Source: the human T2T-CHM13v2.0 reference genome, Homo sapiens
Reading direction: 5' to 3' (one strand)
Assembly (NCBI RefSeq): GCF_009914755.1
Contig: NC_060929.1
Length of the DNA: 64,000 bases
This document shows positions 13,118 through 26,200 of the stretch, piece after piece (within the stretch, counting starts at the first letter, position 1; each line of letters starts with the position of its first letter). A program made the translations under genes and the position numbers. The notes under the pieces were generated by a model. It was not told the DNA's origin and did no database searches. It saw only the letters and a list, made by a program, of their open reading frames with translations.

Positions 13118-13878
13118 TGTATTTGTTTGCTAGGGCTTTCTTAACAAAGTATCAAAATAGGTAGCTTAAACAACAGAAATTTATTTTCTGACAGTTATGG
13201 AGGCTAGCCGTGTGAGATCAAGATGTCCACAGGGTTGATTTCTTCTGAGGCCGCTTTCCTGGGATTGTGAATAGCAGTCTTCTCCCTGTTTCTTCACATG
13301 GTCTTTCTTCCATGTATGTCTGTGTTCTAATCTCTTCTCACAAGGACACAGTCTTATTGGATTAGGGTCCAACCTAATGAGCTCATTTAACTTTTGTTAA
13401 TTCCATTATTTTATTTTAATTTTTAAATTATATAGACACATAGTAGGTGTATATATTTATGGGTTACATGAGATATCTTGATACAGATATGCAATGAGTA
13501 GTAGTCACATCAGGGTAATTGGGGTATCCATCACCTCGAGCATTTATACTTTGTGTTATAAATAATCCAGTTATACTCTTTTAGTTATTTTAAAATGTAC
13601 AATTAAATTATTTTTTACTATAGTCACTCTGCTGTGCTAGCAAATACTAGTTGGTGTTCATTCTTTTTATTTTTTTGTACCCATGAACCATCCCCACTTC
13701 CGCTCACTCCCCCTGCCACTACCCTTCCCACCTTCCCAGTCTTTGGTTGGTAACCACCCTTCTACTCTTTATCTTTGTGACCTCTTTAAGGACCCTGTCT
13801 CCAAGTATAGTTACATTTTGAAGTACTGGGGATAGGACATCCACAAATGAATTTCAAGGCAGCAAAATGCAACTAATA
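13118..13878 (-). mobile_element. MLT1A/B-like LTR split by an L1MA insertion (13118-13395 and 13780-13878)
   Basis: gcttaaacaacagaaatttatttt...aaggacacagtcttattggattagggtcc, resuming at cctctttaaggaccctgtctccaa. Confidence 0.85.
13400..13778 (-). mobile_element. L1MA2/3-like 3' UTR fragment
   Basis: T-rich tail, then tagtaggtgtatatatttatggg...ggggtatccatcacctcgagcattta. Confidence 0.85.
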
Positions 13879-15691
13879 ATTATATAATAAGAAAAATATA
13901 AGAAAGACAATAATGAAGACAAATGAAAAGGTTTAAAATTTATTAGAAAATTTAGAAATTATTTTTAACAATTACAACCAAAACTAATTATTTTGGAAAA
14001 CTTGAAAGACGAACTTTTAGCAAAACCAATAAAAGAAAACGGAGAAAATAAACCAATAAGGCAGAGAAAAGGAGAACACAGGTAGATAAATGGCAAAGAC
14101 TTTAAAGATACTATTAGCAACAGTTTTTCAATACCTTTGTTAATTTAGATGAATAGACAATTTTCTTGAAAAAAGCAACACAAGGAACAGTTGTTGCAAC
14201 TAGCAAACATGGTAAAACCCTAAGGTGAAATAATTAGTATTATGATAAATAATTAGTGTGATGAGTGTTACATGAGTAATTTATTACACTACCTTCTGAT
14301 GTTGAAATTCAGTGAAGGCAACCTAACTTTTTCTAGAGGTTTGAACCAAATTTACATCATGCTCTTTACTTACAAAACCATAACAATATTTAAAGTAGAC
14401 AGATAAGCTATAAATATAAATTTAATATGTTATTCGATCAACATTTTTGTTTTGATCTCTTGACCAAGCAGGAAAGGTGTTCACCTTTGGAAAAGTGCGT
14501 GAGGCTGCCAGTGAATTTGCCCTCACATTACAATTCTCCCTTTCCAGCTATGCCTACCACATAGTAGCCATTTCTTAGTGGATGCCAAGGAAAAATTCAG
14601 AGGCACTTAATGTGTACAAAGTACTTTACATAAATGGGTGTGCAATCACTTTAATTAACTGAACATTTTAAGGTCTGTACTGTAAATAGCACAACTCAGA
14701 GCAATTGTAACTATTTTTATGCTGGCTATTTATTTTTACAGTTGGTTGATTAAAACCTTCTGCTAGAGATAGCTTTGAACTAGCCATGAGAATTCCTTTC
14801 TGGACTTAAAATGGGAAAGAACATCTGAACATAAGCCTTAAATTTATACTTATTCTTCAAGGTCTATATGTACATGCTTGGTACCAGATATTTTGCCGTG
14901 TTTTTTTTTCTTCTCAAATCTCATTAATTATGGTTATTGTTCTTTGTTTCAATAAATTGCTTATTATAAAATATAATACATCAAAGTGAATAATTTCCAA
15001 ATTTTTAATCCAAATATTTTTCTTGACTCATGAACTGAATTGGAACATACTTTAAAAGAAGGCCCTATTTAAATTTCCCTTCCCTCCATTCTTCTCTCCA
15101 TTCTTCTTTAATTCCTTTTCTTTCTTCCAGAATAACTTTGAAACATTCTCAGTAAAACTAATATTCAAGCATAACCTTGAAATTTAAAAAGCAAAATATC
15201 AGCTAATTAAATTTGTGTCCACTTGTCTCTTGCTCTTACTCAGATAGTTATCATTTAATTATGGTTAAAGAAAAATAACATAAAACTCTCTTAGACATTT
15301 ATAAGTGTACAGTTCAGTGGCATTAACTACATTCACTATCTTACGCAACAAATATCTAGAACTTTTTCATCTTATCAAATTGAAACTCTATTCATTGAAC
15401 AATAAACCTACATTTTTCTCTCTCCCTGGCCTCTGGCAACCACCCTTCTACTTTCTCTATCTATTACTTGGGTTACTTTAAATATCTTATAAAAGTAGAA
15501 GCATACAGTATTTAACATCCTATGACTGGTTTATTTCATTTAGCATAATGTCCTCAAGGTTCATTCGTGTTGTATTATGTGTCAGGATTTTCTTTTGTAG
15601 AGCTGAATAAATATTATATTAAATGTATATACACACAATTGCATATTTAGGTTCACAAAAAGTTGAGCAGAAGGTACAGAAATTCCCGTAT

Positions 15692-15800
15692 GAACAACTT
15701 GGAGTCTGATGTTTGAGGGAAGGAAGCATCCAGCACAGGAGAAAGATGATGGCCAGAGGACTCAGCAAGTCTGCTTTTTCATATTCTCCTGCCTGCTTTG
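15692..15800 (-). mobile_element. MLT2 (ERVL LTR) fragment
   Basis: aacttggagtctgatgtttgagggaaggaagcatccagcacaggagaaagatg is a recalled MLT2 motif. Confidence 0.7.
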
Positions 15801-16932
15801 GTCAGTGTTCTGGATTTTGGTCATCTAATATATATGTAGTGGTATCTTGTTTTAATTTTCATTTCCCTGATAGCATGTGATGTGCAACTACTTATCACAT
15901 GCTCATCTGTCATCTGTATGTCTTTTTTGTGGGGGGTCTGTTGAGGTCTCTGGCTCATTTTTAAATTGGATTATTTGTTTTCTTATTATTGAGTTTTAAG
16001 AGTTCTTTGCATATTTTGTATGATTATATTTCTTTGCTGTTGAGTTGTAGGAGTTCTTTATATATTCTGCATAGTGACCCCTTATCAGATACATGATTTG
16101 CAAATATTCTCTCCCATTCTGTAGGTTTTCACTCTGTTGATTGTCTCCTTTGCTATTAGTATATTTTCTAAGTTTGATTTAATCCTGTTTGTCTGTTTTT
16201 ATTGCCTGTGCTTTGAATGTAGTATCAAAGAAATAATTGCCAAATTCAATGTCATAAATCTTTTCCCCTATTTTATTCTAGATGTTTTATAGTTTTAGGT
16301 CTTAAATATGATCTTAATCTATTTTGTGGTAATTTTTGTGTATGATGTAAAGTAAGAATCCAATCGTTTTTTTCTGCATATGGATATCCAATTTTCTTAA
16401 AATTATTTAAGAGAATCCAATCTTTTTCTTTTGCATATGGATATCCAATTTTCTCAAAAATATTTGTTTAAGAGGTTGTCCTTTTCCATTGTGTGATCTT
16501 GGCATTCTTATTGGAGATTATTTGACCATTTATGCAATGGTTTATTTCTGGAATCTGTTACATTCCAGTGGTCTATATGTCTATCTTTATGCCACTACCT
16601 TACTATATCAGTATGCTATGACAGTATATACAATACTTGTTTATTATAGCTTTGTAATGTGTTTTGAAATCTGGAATATGTGTATGGCCCTCAAGTTTAT
16701 TCTTCTTTTTCAAGATTGTTTTGAATATTATGTATCTTTTGAGATTCCATATTAATTATAGTGCTATTTTTCTATTTCTGCAAGCAATGCTACTGGAATT
16801 TTGATAGGGATTACACTGGATTTGCTTTGAGAAATATGGACATTTAAATAATATTGCCTCCCAATCCATAAATGTGGGATGCCTTGTCACTTATTTGTGT
16901 CTTTAATTTCATTCGGCAATATTTTATAGTTT

Positions 16933-16980
16933 CCTTTCTTTCTTTCTTTTTTTGGTAAGGGGAGGGGTGGGGGAGGGTAG
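16933..16980 (-). mobile_element. 48-bp tailed insertion flanked by a 14-bp TSD
   Basis: ATATTTTATAGTTT at 16919-16932 and 16981-16994 brackets a T-rich tract plus a G-rich body. Confidence 0.7.
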
Positions 16981-18261
16981 ATATTTTATAGTTTTCAATG
17001 TTCAAGTCTTTCACCTCCTTGATTAAGTTTATTATTAAGTTTATTATTTCATTGTTTTTGAGGCTATTGTAAATAAGATTCTTTCTTAATTTCCCTTTCA
17101 GATTGTTCATTGTATATAACAAAGCAACTTATTTTTGTGTGTTGATTTTATATCCTGTAACATTTCTGAATTCATTTATTAGTTATATAATTTTTTGTGA
17201 AAGGATTTCTGTTTCTTCACTCACAGAAATAATTTGTCTCTCACAGTTACTGCTCAAAGACTGATTATAGGCCACCCACTCAATTGGCTTTTCCTCCAAT
17301 ATACTGAATTGTAATACTTCATTTGCATGGCCTATATAATAGAAAATCATATTTTTTGTATTTAATCTCCTGCTTTCAGGTAATGTGGACACCTTTTTGT
17401 GTGTGACCTTCTTAATCAGAGAAAGTAATGCAAAGTACTGAAACTGAAAGCTTAGGTTAATTCGAGACTGAAGCCCGGTATAATTCACTGATCATTGTAA
17501 AACTCTGCGTAGGAAATGTAACTGGGATGTCTCTTTCTGTAAATAGATTAGGGAACAAATGGCAAATTATTCGCCATATCACTAATGCTCTTTTCAGTCA
17601 AGGCTTCAAGGCTTATCCCTGCTGGTCTACCGATTCTCTTGTGGTTACTTGGGTCCAGGAAGAAAAGGTGTTCAATTGTGTTTGAGTCTATCTTATGAAC
17701 AGCTTATTGCTGAGTCTGCACAAGTATAATAGAGAACTGGTCACTATATGCAACATTTAAAACACAGTGTGTGGCATAAATCACATGCTTCAGTAGCTAC
17801 TGTGGATGCTTAGTTAAAATCTTATCTATTTTGTAGCAATGTTTTAAGCTAAGATATTCCAGTTCCAAGCATTTGCTTAGAAAAGAAAGTCCTTGTGAAA
17901 TTGTTAAAGAGCCTTTGGGTAAAAATTCTTTGATTTCTATCTTCTAGTCATTTCTACATCATTGTCAGCTTCCTTAAAAGTGACACTCTCAAGATGAGAT
18001 CAAAAGACTCACAAGGCAAGTGATGAGGAAGAAATATAAACTGAAATAGATAAGCCACCCTTCCTTCATGCTTAAATAAAACTCTTCTTGTAAGACAAGG
18101 TTATGTTTCAATGGCAGTGGTAGAAAAACAAAGACGCCAGGAGCAGAAGGCTAAATCAGGACCATTTTCACAATCAGCTGTCACATAGGCCTCCACATAC
18201 TTTTCTCTCTCTTTCCCTCCCTCCTGTCACAAGGATAGGGGCAAACCCACTGCTCCCATGT

Positions 18262-18395
18262 TCTTCCTTTCCTTTGTTCCTTGGTTCCTTGGTTCCTTCC
18301 TTCCTTCCTTTCTTCCCTTCCTTCCTTCCTTTCTTCTTCTTTTTTTCTCCCTCTTTATTTCTTTATTCTCTTTCTTTCTACCCTTCTACCTTTCC
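18262..18395. repeat. (CCTT)n / CT-rich low-complexity tract
   Basis: ttccttccttccttcctttcttcccttccttccttcc. Confidence 0.85.
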
Positions 18396-18428
18396 CCGGC
18401 ACTGACCTTGATTAGAGCCTTCTTTACT

Positions 18429-18879
18429 GCTATGATTTCGATTTTTCTTGTTTGTCCCCACCAATATTAAACTTCTTATGTTGAAATTTAAACCCTAGTG
18501 TGATGGTGTTGGGAAGTGGATCCTAGTGGGAAGTGTGTGACTCGTGGGGATGGATTTTTCATTAATGGCTTGTTGCTATTATCATAGTAGTGAGTTCTTG
18601 CTCTTCCAAGAATAGACTGGTTCTCAGGGCAATGGGTTGGTTCCCCACAAAGTGGACTGTTATAAAGCCAGGACACCCCTCAGATTTGGCCCCTCTTTAC
18701 ATATGCCCACTTCCCTTTGACTTTCTCCACTATGTTTTGATGCAGACGAAAACCTTCGCCAGAAGCCAAGCAAATACCAGTACCATGCCTGGAAAACTGT
18801 GATCCAAATAAACCCCTTTTCTTTACAAATTACCCAACCTTAGGTATTATTTTATAGCAATATAAAATAGACAAAAACA
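18429..18879 (+). mobile_element. MST-family solo LTR (MSTB/C/D-like)
   Basis: Starts tgctatgattt, has aataaa near 18808, ends aaattacccaaccttaggtattattttatagca...aca. Confidence 0.85.
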
Positions 18880-20029
18880 CTAACTTATCATGATTCTTAA
18901 ATCTGAATCTCCCCAAGAAGTTATTGGAGAGTGGGCAGATGGGTGAACCATCAATCCTGTACTCGCAGAAGAGCTCTGGATGTGTGGACCTTTCCAGAAC
19001 TCTGCATAATTATGAGGTAGTGGTTCAGCTAAAACAGATAAAAGGTCTTTGACTCTTTGCTAATATGACAAGACAGAAATGTTAGCACATCAATGTTTTA
19101 GCTTGCATTTATTTTGTTACTAATGAAAGTCTGCATTTTTGAATGTTTAGAATTGACTCGTTGCTCCTCTGCTGTGAGTTGCTAATGTTCTTTGCCATTT
19201 TTTTTCCTATTGGATATTGGGTCACCATTGTGAACTTCTCAAATATTAAAAATAATTCTCAGCTGTCACATCTCTGGTAGACTACTAGTTCTTAAACAAT
19301 GAATTAGCACAAGTTTCTAATAGCATATTGATAATCACATTAACTGAGTGACCAATGAATGAAATCTTTTTCTTCACCATTGTTATTATTTTAATATTCA
19401 TTGCAATAAAAAATTCCGTATTTGGTTTTTTTAATTAAAAAATGTTGTGGTATGAATGAAAAAGAAAAAAAAATGGTAATCTGGAGGTATAGCCATAGGG
19501 TATAAAAAGAAAAAAAGAGAAAGGAAAAAAGTAGTAGAAAAATTATCAGTTGATTTACCAGCTACATTTCAGAAAATAACATGCCCTTGGATTGGATAAT
19601 CTTAGAGGACCACAAAATATAATTATACATGATCTATTAGAGTATTATCTATTACCCAATTATGCTGTCTTCTGTCTCCAAACTCCCCTGGAAATTTTAA
19701 TTTTATAAGATCACTAGGTACAAAAATTACAATCTTTTAATATTGACTGAAACTTTTAGTCTATTATTAACTTTTATCCCTGAAAGTCTCCCAATTGTTT
19801 GTCTAAACCTTCTTAATTGTAATTTGAACTCCATTTCCTTAGTTATATCTTTAGTAAAGAGAAAGATGACTACTGGTATCCTTCAACCTATAAAAACAGC
19901 AAGCAATAAATAAAACAAGCTTCATGTGTTTTACTATTCCCTTAGACTTCATTTTTTCTAGACTTGGTCCTGTGGTTGTTCTCTTACTCTCCTACTTTTT
20001 AATCTACTCACTACATTCAATTGTTTGGA

Positions 20030-20478
20030 GGTTTTTAAAACTTTTATTCTTAAATAAATATAAATAAAAATATAGTCTAGAGAGGTTCTAAGTATATAAG
20101 TTTCACTCAATTTCCTCCAATAACAACACCTTACATAATTATAGTAACAATTTCAAAATCAGGAAAGTGACATTAGTACAATACTTGTGAATAGTTCTAT
20201 GTCATTATTTTTCATATGTATAGACTAATCAATACTGGAAACAAGATACAAAACTATCCTTTCAGCATAAAGATCTCCCTTGAGTTACTTCTGGACTGCC
20301 ACACTAACCACCTTTTCCCCACCATCCCTAACCCTCATCAACCACCCAACCATTCTCCATCTCTGTAACTGTAATTTTCAGTATGTTATAAAAATGGAAT
20401 ATTGCCATATATAACCATTTGAGATTGGTGTTTTTAGCTCGACATAATAATGCCTTTGAAATTCTCCAAGTTGTTGTA
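20030..20478 (-). mobile_element. L1MC-type 3' UTR fragment
   Basis: caaaatcaggaaagtgacattagtacaatac, ccattctccatctctgtaa, tataaaaatggaatattg...aaccatttgagattgg. Confidence 0.7.
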
Positions 20479-20479
20479 C

Positions 20480-21135
20480 TAGGATGGAATTCTAGCAAGT
20501 CTGGAAAGTCTGAGATGAAGATTTGTGTTCAGAGAGTTTGTTGGAAAGTGCCGTTAAAATAACACTTGTGAGAGTGTGAGAAAAGTAGAACTGTGTAGAG
20601 GACGAACTTGAACTGAAATGGATTGATTGCCATAGAGGTCTCAGCTCATTACACAGCAAGATCAGAAGCTGAGGTTTTCAGAGATGCTCCTGATTAAAGT
20701 AAAATGGACCAATCACTAGATACAGACTGATCCTCTAAAGCAAGCTTGTCTGTCCAACCCACAGCCTGCGGGCTGCATGTGGCCCAGGATGGCTTTGAAT
20801 GCAGCCCAACACAAATTTGTAAAGTTTCTTAAAACATTATGAGATTTTTTTTTTTTGCAATTTTTCTTTGGCTCATCAGCTATCCTTAGTGTCAGTGTAT
20901 TTTATGTGTGGCCCAAGACAATTATTCTTTCAATGTGGCCCAAGAAAGCCAAAAGATTGGACATCCCCACTCTAAAGGAAGCATAATCTTGTGTGAGACA
21001 GCTTCCTCCTGCTGAGGACCACTCCTGAAGAGAGACTTGGCTGTGAGCCTTTAGCCTTTAACATTGCTGGAAGATAAAGAAATGGGTGACTTACCTCTGG
21101 AATAATGGCTGAATGCCACACCATAGAGTCTACTA
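20480..21135 (-). mobile_element. Old ERVL-type LTR (LTR16/40/41-like) interrupted by MER30
   Basis: tctgagatgaagatttgtgttcagagagtttgttgg...aacacttgtgagag resembles the reverse strand of ERVL LTRs; subfamily uncertain. Confidence 0.5.
20741..20969. mobile_element. MER30 hAT-Charlie MITE with an 8-bp TSD
   Basis: gcatgtggcccaggatggctttgaatgcagcccaacacaaatt...gccaaaagattggac; TSD CTCTAAAG at 20733-20740 and 20970-20977. Confidence 0.92.
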
Positions 21136-22569
21136 CAAGCTAATGATTGAGCTCTAAGAAGCTTTAAAGAAAATAAACACAAAATTAAGCCTTCTGCCCC
21201 CTTTCCCTGGTCATAGAAAATCTTATAAATATATGCTATAATTATTTAAAATGTATATTTCCATTTCATAAGTTAACTTCCTGAGGAGGAGAGGTTAAGT
21301 AAGGTTATCAATAACTATTTACCTATTAAAGAAACATTTTATTTATCTATAATGTAGAAACACAACTTAACATATTATCAACTGCATAATACCACCTGTA
21401 AGTAAATGTATTTATTTTTTAAATATATACCTGGTGTGTTTTATTTTATAAATATTCAAGCCTATTTTGAATTATATTAAATATTTTTCCAATACTATAC
21501 TGCTGTCTCTAAACCTACACTTTGAAATCAGAATATTTACCATTTCAAAAGGGTGTGCAGTTCTCCATTAATCTAATGAGTTTTTACTTTTCAATATTTC
21601 AAAAATATAAACACATTTTTTCATGTAAATTATCTCTACTTTGAATATAATAGCAACAATTATACTAACACTACATTAACTAAACGAAATGTATTACTGA
21701 TAAAAAAAAATGTGCACAGAATTTTTCTGCTTTTGCAACATTGTTTCCGAATTATTTTCTCACAACTAACTGGCTTAGTTTTACTGTAAACAGAAGGTCA
21801 CTAGAACCATGACATCAACTATGCTAACTACTTAGCACCCAATAATTTTGGAAAAGAAATTCAAATTTACAGTAAGTGTGAGTAATAGAGCTTATTGAAT
21901 TATTACAAGTATATGCATGTCAAATTTCACAAGAATTAAAATATTATAGATGCTTTCATCCAAATGTTATTGAACTTTCACCAAATTAAAGATCTATGCT
22001 CAAGGAGCAGCTTCTTAGTTGTTCATTTACAGAATAAATTCATAGTCTTCACCAAAACTCAAATGTCCCTGAAAGATGATGGGGAAAGCAAATGTCAAGG
22101 TCCTTGGATTCCTGCAGAGCTTGAATCTCCTCCTTTAGCTCTGAAGACTAGAAGCAGCTTGATTTCTAGGGAAAGTCCTTTACAACATTATCCTTTTCTG
22201 CTTGGCCTACTTGAGAAAGGAATTACTTTCCTGGAGACAAAAAACAATCGGCAACTGCCATTACTGGTTTGTTATGTCTTTTCAGTACAAGACAGCAAAG
22301 CTAATGCAGAATTGGGGAAAAGAAATGCTATTTCCTGCTTAACTTCCAAGGGCAGAGGTGTAAAACTACACAAGATAACAACAGACAGTAAGAGAGGATG
22401 ACTTCTTTTCATATATTTACATAGCTGTATGTTTCAGAAAAGGGAAGAGAAGCAACTCTCTTCCTATTAACCCCTAAATTGTTCAGTGTATTAGAAAATT
22501 CCTTTCAGTGAATTCAAGGCACCTCAGTGTTTGGGGATATGTAACACCATGTCCCAAGTACTTTAATAA

Positions 22570-22760
22570 TTTAATGTAATTTAAATATTATATTGGTCAT
22601 TAGATTTTTTATTATTCTCATTTTGGAGATTGAGAATCTAAGGTATAAGGGGTGGGGTTTGGGAGTGAACATTTGCTACATTATAGGATGAACAAGTGGC
22701 TGGACGAATATTTGAATCCAGCTCTATATGGTGCTAAAAATATGCTCTTTTGACACCACC
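22570..22760 (-). mobile_element. MIR SINE
   Basis: attattctcattttggagattgagaatct...aagtggctgg...atttgaatccag. Confidence 0.6.
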
Positions 22761-23570
22761 AGCAATCATAATTTGACAGCCTGAGGGCCAAGTATGATCC
22801 ACAGACAGCTTTCTTTGGCCTACGTAATTATTTGCAACAATTTAGAATTATTTGCCAAACTTGTAAAAAGCCAGTAATTTTACATAAAAATGAAAAAGTT
22901 GGCATTTCTGCTTGTCAACAGCCAAATGGAGCTTAACAGTGGTTATGCCCCTTACTTAGGGCAAGGCTTCAAAACAGTTTCCCCAATTCCTTCTACAACC
23001 CTTTCACTGATGTTGGAAGAGATATGCTTGCAGGTCTGTTCTTACTTATTGTTATGGACTGAATTGTGTCTTCAAATTCATATGTTGAATACCTAACCCC
23101 CAATATAATTATGTTTATAGATGGAGTCTTTAAGAAGGTAAAGATAAAATGAAGTCATGAGAGTGGGGTCCTAATCTTATTGCACTGGTGTCCTTATAAG
23201 AAGAGTGAGAGATACCAAACATCTCTCTTTCTCTGCAAAACATAGAGGAAAGGCCTTGTAGGGACTTAGCAAGAAGGTGGCTGGATGTCTGCAAGCCAAG
23301 AGAGGCCTCACCAGAAACCAACTCTGCCAACACTTTGATCTTGAGCTTCTAGCCTCTAGAACTATGAGAAAATAAATGTCTATTGTTTAAGCTACCCAAA
23401 TATGCCTATTGTTTAAGTGACCCAACTATGCCTGTTGTTTAAAATGTCTTTTGTTTAAGCCACCCACTATTTTGTTGTGGCAGACAAGCACACTAATACA
23501 TTTGTATCCAGCTGTCTTCATTAATTTCCTTGCTGTTACCTGCCTGGTCCACTTATCTGAGATCACTATA
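22760..23570 (+). mobile_element. MER102-like hAT element split by MLT1A
   Basis: gggccaag...acagacagctttctttggcc, ttttacataaaaat, ggagcttaacagtggttatgcccc; resumes after 23500. Confidence 0.55.
23050..23500 (+). mobile_element. MLT1A/MLT1A0 solo LTR
   Basis: tgttatggactgaattgtgtc...tggtgtccttataagaagag...tagcctctagaactatgagaaaataaa...ctaataca. Confidence 0.9.
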
Positions 23571-25689
23571 TGATTTATCTCCACCCTTCCATAAAGAAGG
23601 CACCATAAGTTTTATGTGTTTTTAATATTTTGTATTATAAGTTCATATAAAATATAAATATTTCATATTTATGTTTTTAATATTTCCATTTTAACCTGCC
23701 ATTCATCAAATTCTAATGAAATTTTGGGGGACCAGGATATAGAATTATTAGGAAACAATGGTGCAGGGAGATTTTGATGTAAAATATCCAGGGTAAATAT
23801 TCATAAGCAATGTCTTTAAAAAGCAATTTCATGAAGAGGAAAATGTTGACAAATAGTATAATTGCATTTATGGAAAGCTGTGCCCACAGATACAGAAGAT
23901 ATCTGGGAGGATGTTCATCATAGTAATTATGCAAGTGATACTAGCATAAACTGTTCTATAAAGATTGAATTATTCACAAAGAATGTACCATTTTTACGTA
24001 ACCAAATAATATAAAATAAATACTACGTAATATATAGAGACAGAAGGTAGAAAATGTAAAATACATCGAACATCATAATTTCCGACTAGGATTTATTATC
24101 TATGAGGGTGCACACTATTTTCCGACCGTTTACCAGTGTATTCCCAAGGGCCTTTACACTATAGATATGGAGGAAATATTTGTAAAGAGAATGAATGCAT
24201 ATTCCAAATCCAGCATACTGCAATGGAAGTAAAATAGACTACATCTAAGAGAATGGGTTCCATTCCTTACTCTTTCACAAACTCTTCAGTGCTACATAAA
24301 CCCCCAAATTTAGCCCATGCTTACTTTTTACTTAAAGTAGTAAAACTAAATGATTAAATTTAGATTTTGCTTAGGAATCTGAGCACTCATAAGACCCCAA
24401 AACAGAGATTGGTTAAACAGCTTGTGCATGGGATTGTTTCAATAAATGGCAGGCTTGCTCTCCAAATGGTGAGAAATAGACCTCTGAGCTAGGGCACCGA
24501 TGAACACTATCACTCATATTAAATATTGAAACAACAAAAGGATAAAATAAGTTGATGTAATATGGCTATGCAATAAGAACAATTTGTCCAGAGAAATAAG
24601 TAAATAGCAATTAGTTTTAGTATGTTATCACTTAAAAATCTTTTAAGAAGTTTCACCTGTTACTGAGTGTCTAAGAAAAACTTACAGATAATCAAACATG
24701 TTGTTACTGTGCTCTACTTTTGAAACATTTTTGAGGGAATCCTTAAAAGTCATTTTTTAATATTAGAAGAACATGGATGAATAACTGCTCTGGTGCATTC
24801 TGTCTTATTTTAAAGACTTAGCATAGTTGTAGAAGCATCTAATTTGCTCTCTGGGAGCAATTTATATACTAGAGCAATTAGACTTGTTTAAATAATTTGC
24901 CAACATATTTTTGAGAATGTTACATCAAATTACCCATAGTTATGCCTTTTTAAATAATAAGTAAATGTATCTGCCATGATTTAATATTCTAAAAATGTAT
25001 AAAAGTCACCTACCTTCCTTTATTTGCACCCAACCCTTACTTTCTTTCACATGCTCTCCTTTGGCGGTACAACAAACATACATTTTTAAGCAACAAATGA
25101 TATATTGAATGGTAGTGACCATATTTGGAAGAAAATGAAAAGCCCATTTACTTCATTAAGCTTTTAAACATTCAGAGAATTCTGTAATATCTGAATGAAA
25201 TGTTTGATAAGAGACGGGACCTTGAAATTTTAGAGGTCATTAAAAATGATGGAAATATTTTTAAGAATGCAAAGCAGAGGCTTCTCTAAACATGGAAATG
25301 TATACATATATAAAGCATTCAAATTGTATTTCATATTAAAATGACTTGAATTTGAGCTACACCTTGCATGTAGTTTAATTATAATTATTTGAACGTAGAT
25401 TATTTTTAGCCTCTTTTCTACTAACAAAAACCACACTTGTTCAACCCACTTCCACATTTACTGGATAGTCCAAAGACTGATTAAATATAACTTAACAGCT
25501 AGACATTGATATGTGTTAGTCTATTTGTTTATATGTGTATATCTACAAACTATTAATAATGTGTGCATGCTTGCACTACATTTTACTACAAATGTAGGAG
25601 AGTTATCTTCTTCTCATTTCTTGAACTGTCCATAAATATTTTTCTCCCAGGATAAAATGCTTCCTACTGTCAGTAACAAACATAAAATA

Positions 25690-26200
25690 AATATTCAATA
25701 AATTTTTATTCATCACCTACTATGTAGAATATTTGCTAGACACTAATAATGTATCAGAAAATAAGAAAAACATGAATTCTGCCCTGTGAAACTCACCATC
25801 TAGTGGTGAAAGACAAACAACAAAAAAGGCATTACCAGCAAGATAAGCATTAAAAACTAGCAAATGAGAGTGGTTGGTTCTATGGGAATGTATAGTAAGT
25901 GCATTGACCTTACTTTGGAGAGTCATGCATGCCTCAAGGAAGAATATGTTGAAGAGAAGACTTATAGAATTCATAATATTTAACTAGACAAATTAATATT
26001 TAACTAAAGAAAGAGTATTTCAGACAGAATACAGAACCCAGCAGCAAAAAGGAGCAAGTTGTATTCAAAGCTTGCAAGAAGTCCCAGAAGCAGGGTAAGA
26101 AGGGAAGGGCAAGTCTGTAGATGATGCCAAAACAGGATCATGAAGGTCTTTGAACAAATGGAAGACACCAAAAGATGAGAGAGTAGCTTTGCAGTATTTA
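25690..26200 (-). mobile_element. L2 3' end
   Basis: attcaataaatttttattcatcacctactatgt...ctgccctgtgaaactcaccatctagtgg. Confidence 0.7.

Larger units (their letters stand above)
15255..17215 (-). mobile_element. L1MA/MB-type 3' UTR and ORF2 remnant (composite)
   Basis: aagtgtacagttcagtggcatta, ccctggcctctggcaaccacc, ttgctgttgagttgtaggagttctttatatattc, gcatatggatatccaattttc. Confidence 0.85.

Noticed and set aside
16354-16465. Diverged ~57-bp tandem duplication inside L1 (and a 13-bp one at 10500-10525)
   Set aside because: Ordinary local slippage duplications with nothing further to support a function
21964-22401. 145-aa ORF in apparently unique sequence
   Set aside because: No recognisable domain, promoter or splice context; one ORF of this length can occur by chance in 64 kb, and it would need conservation or ribosome-profiling support
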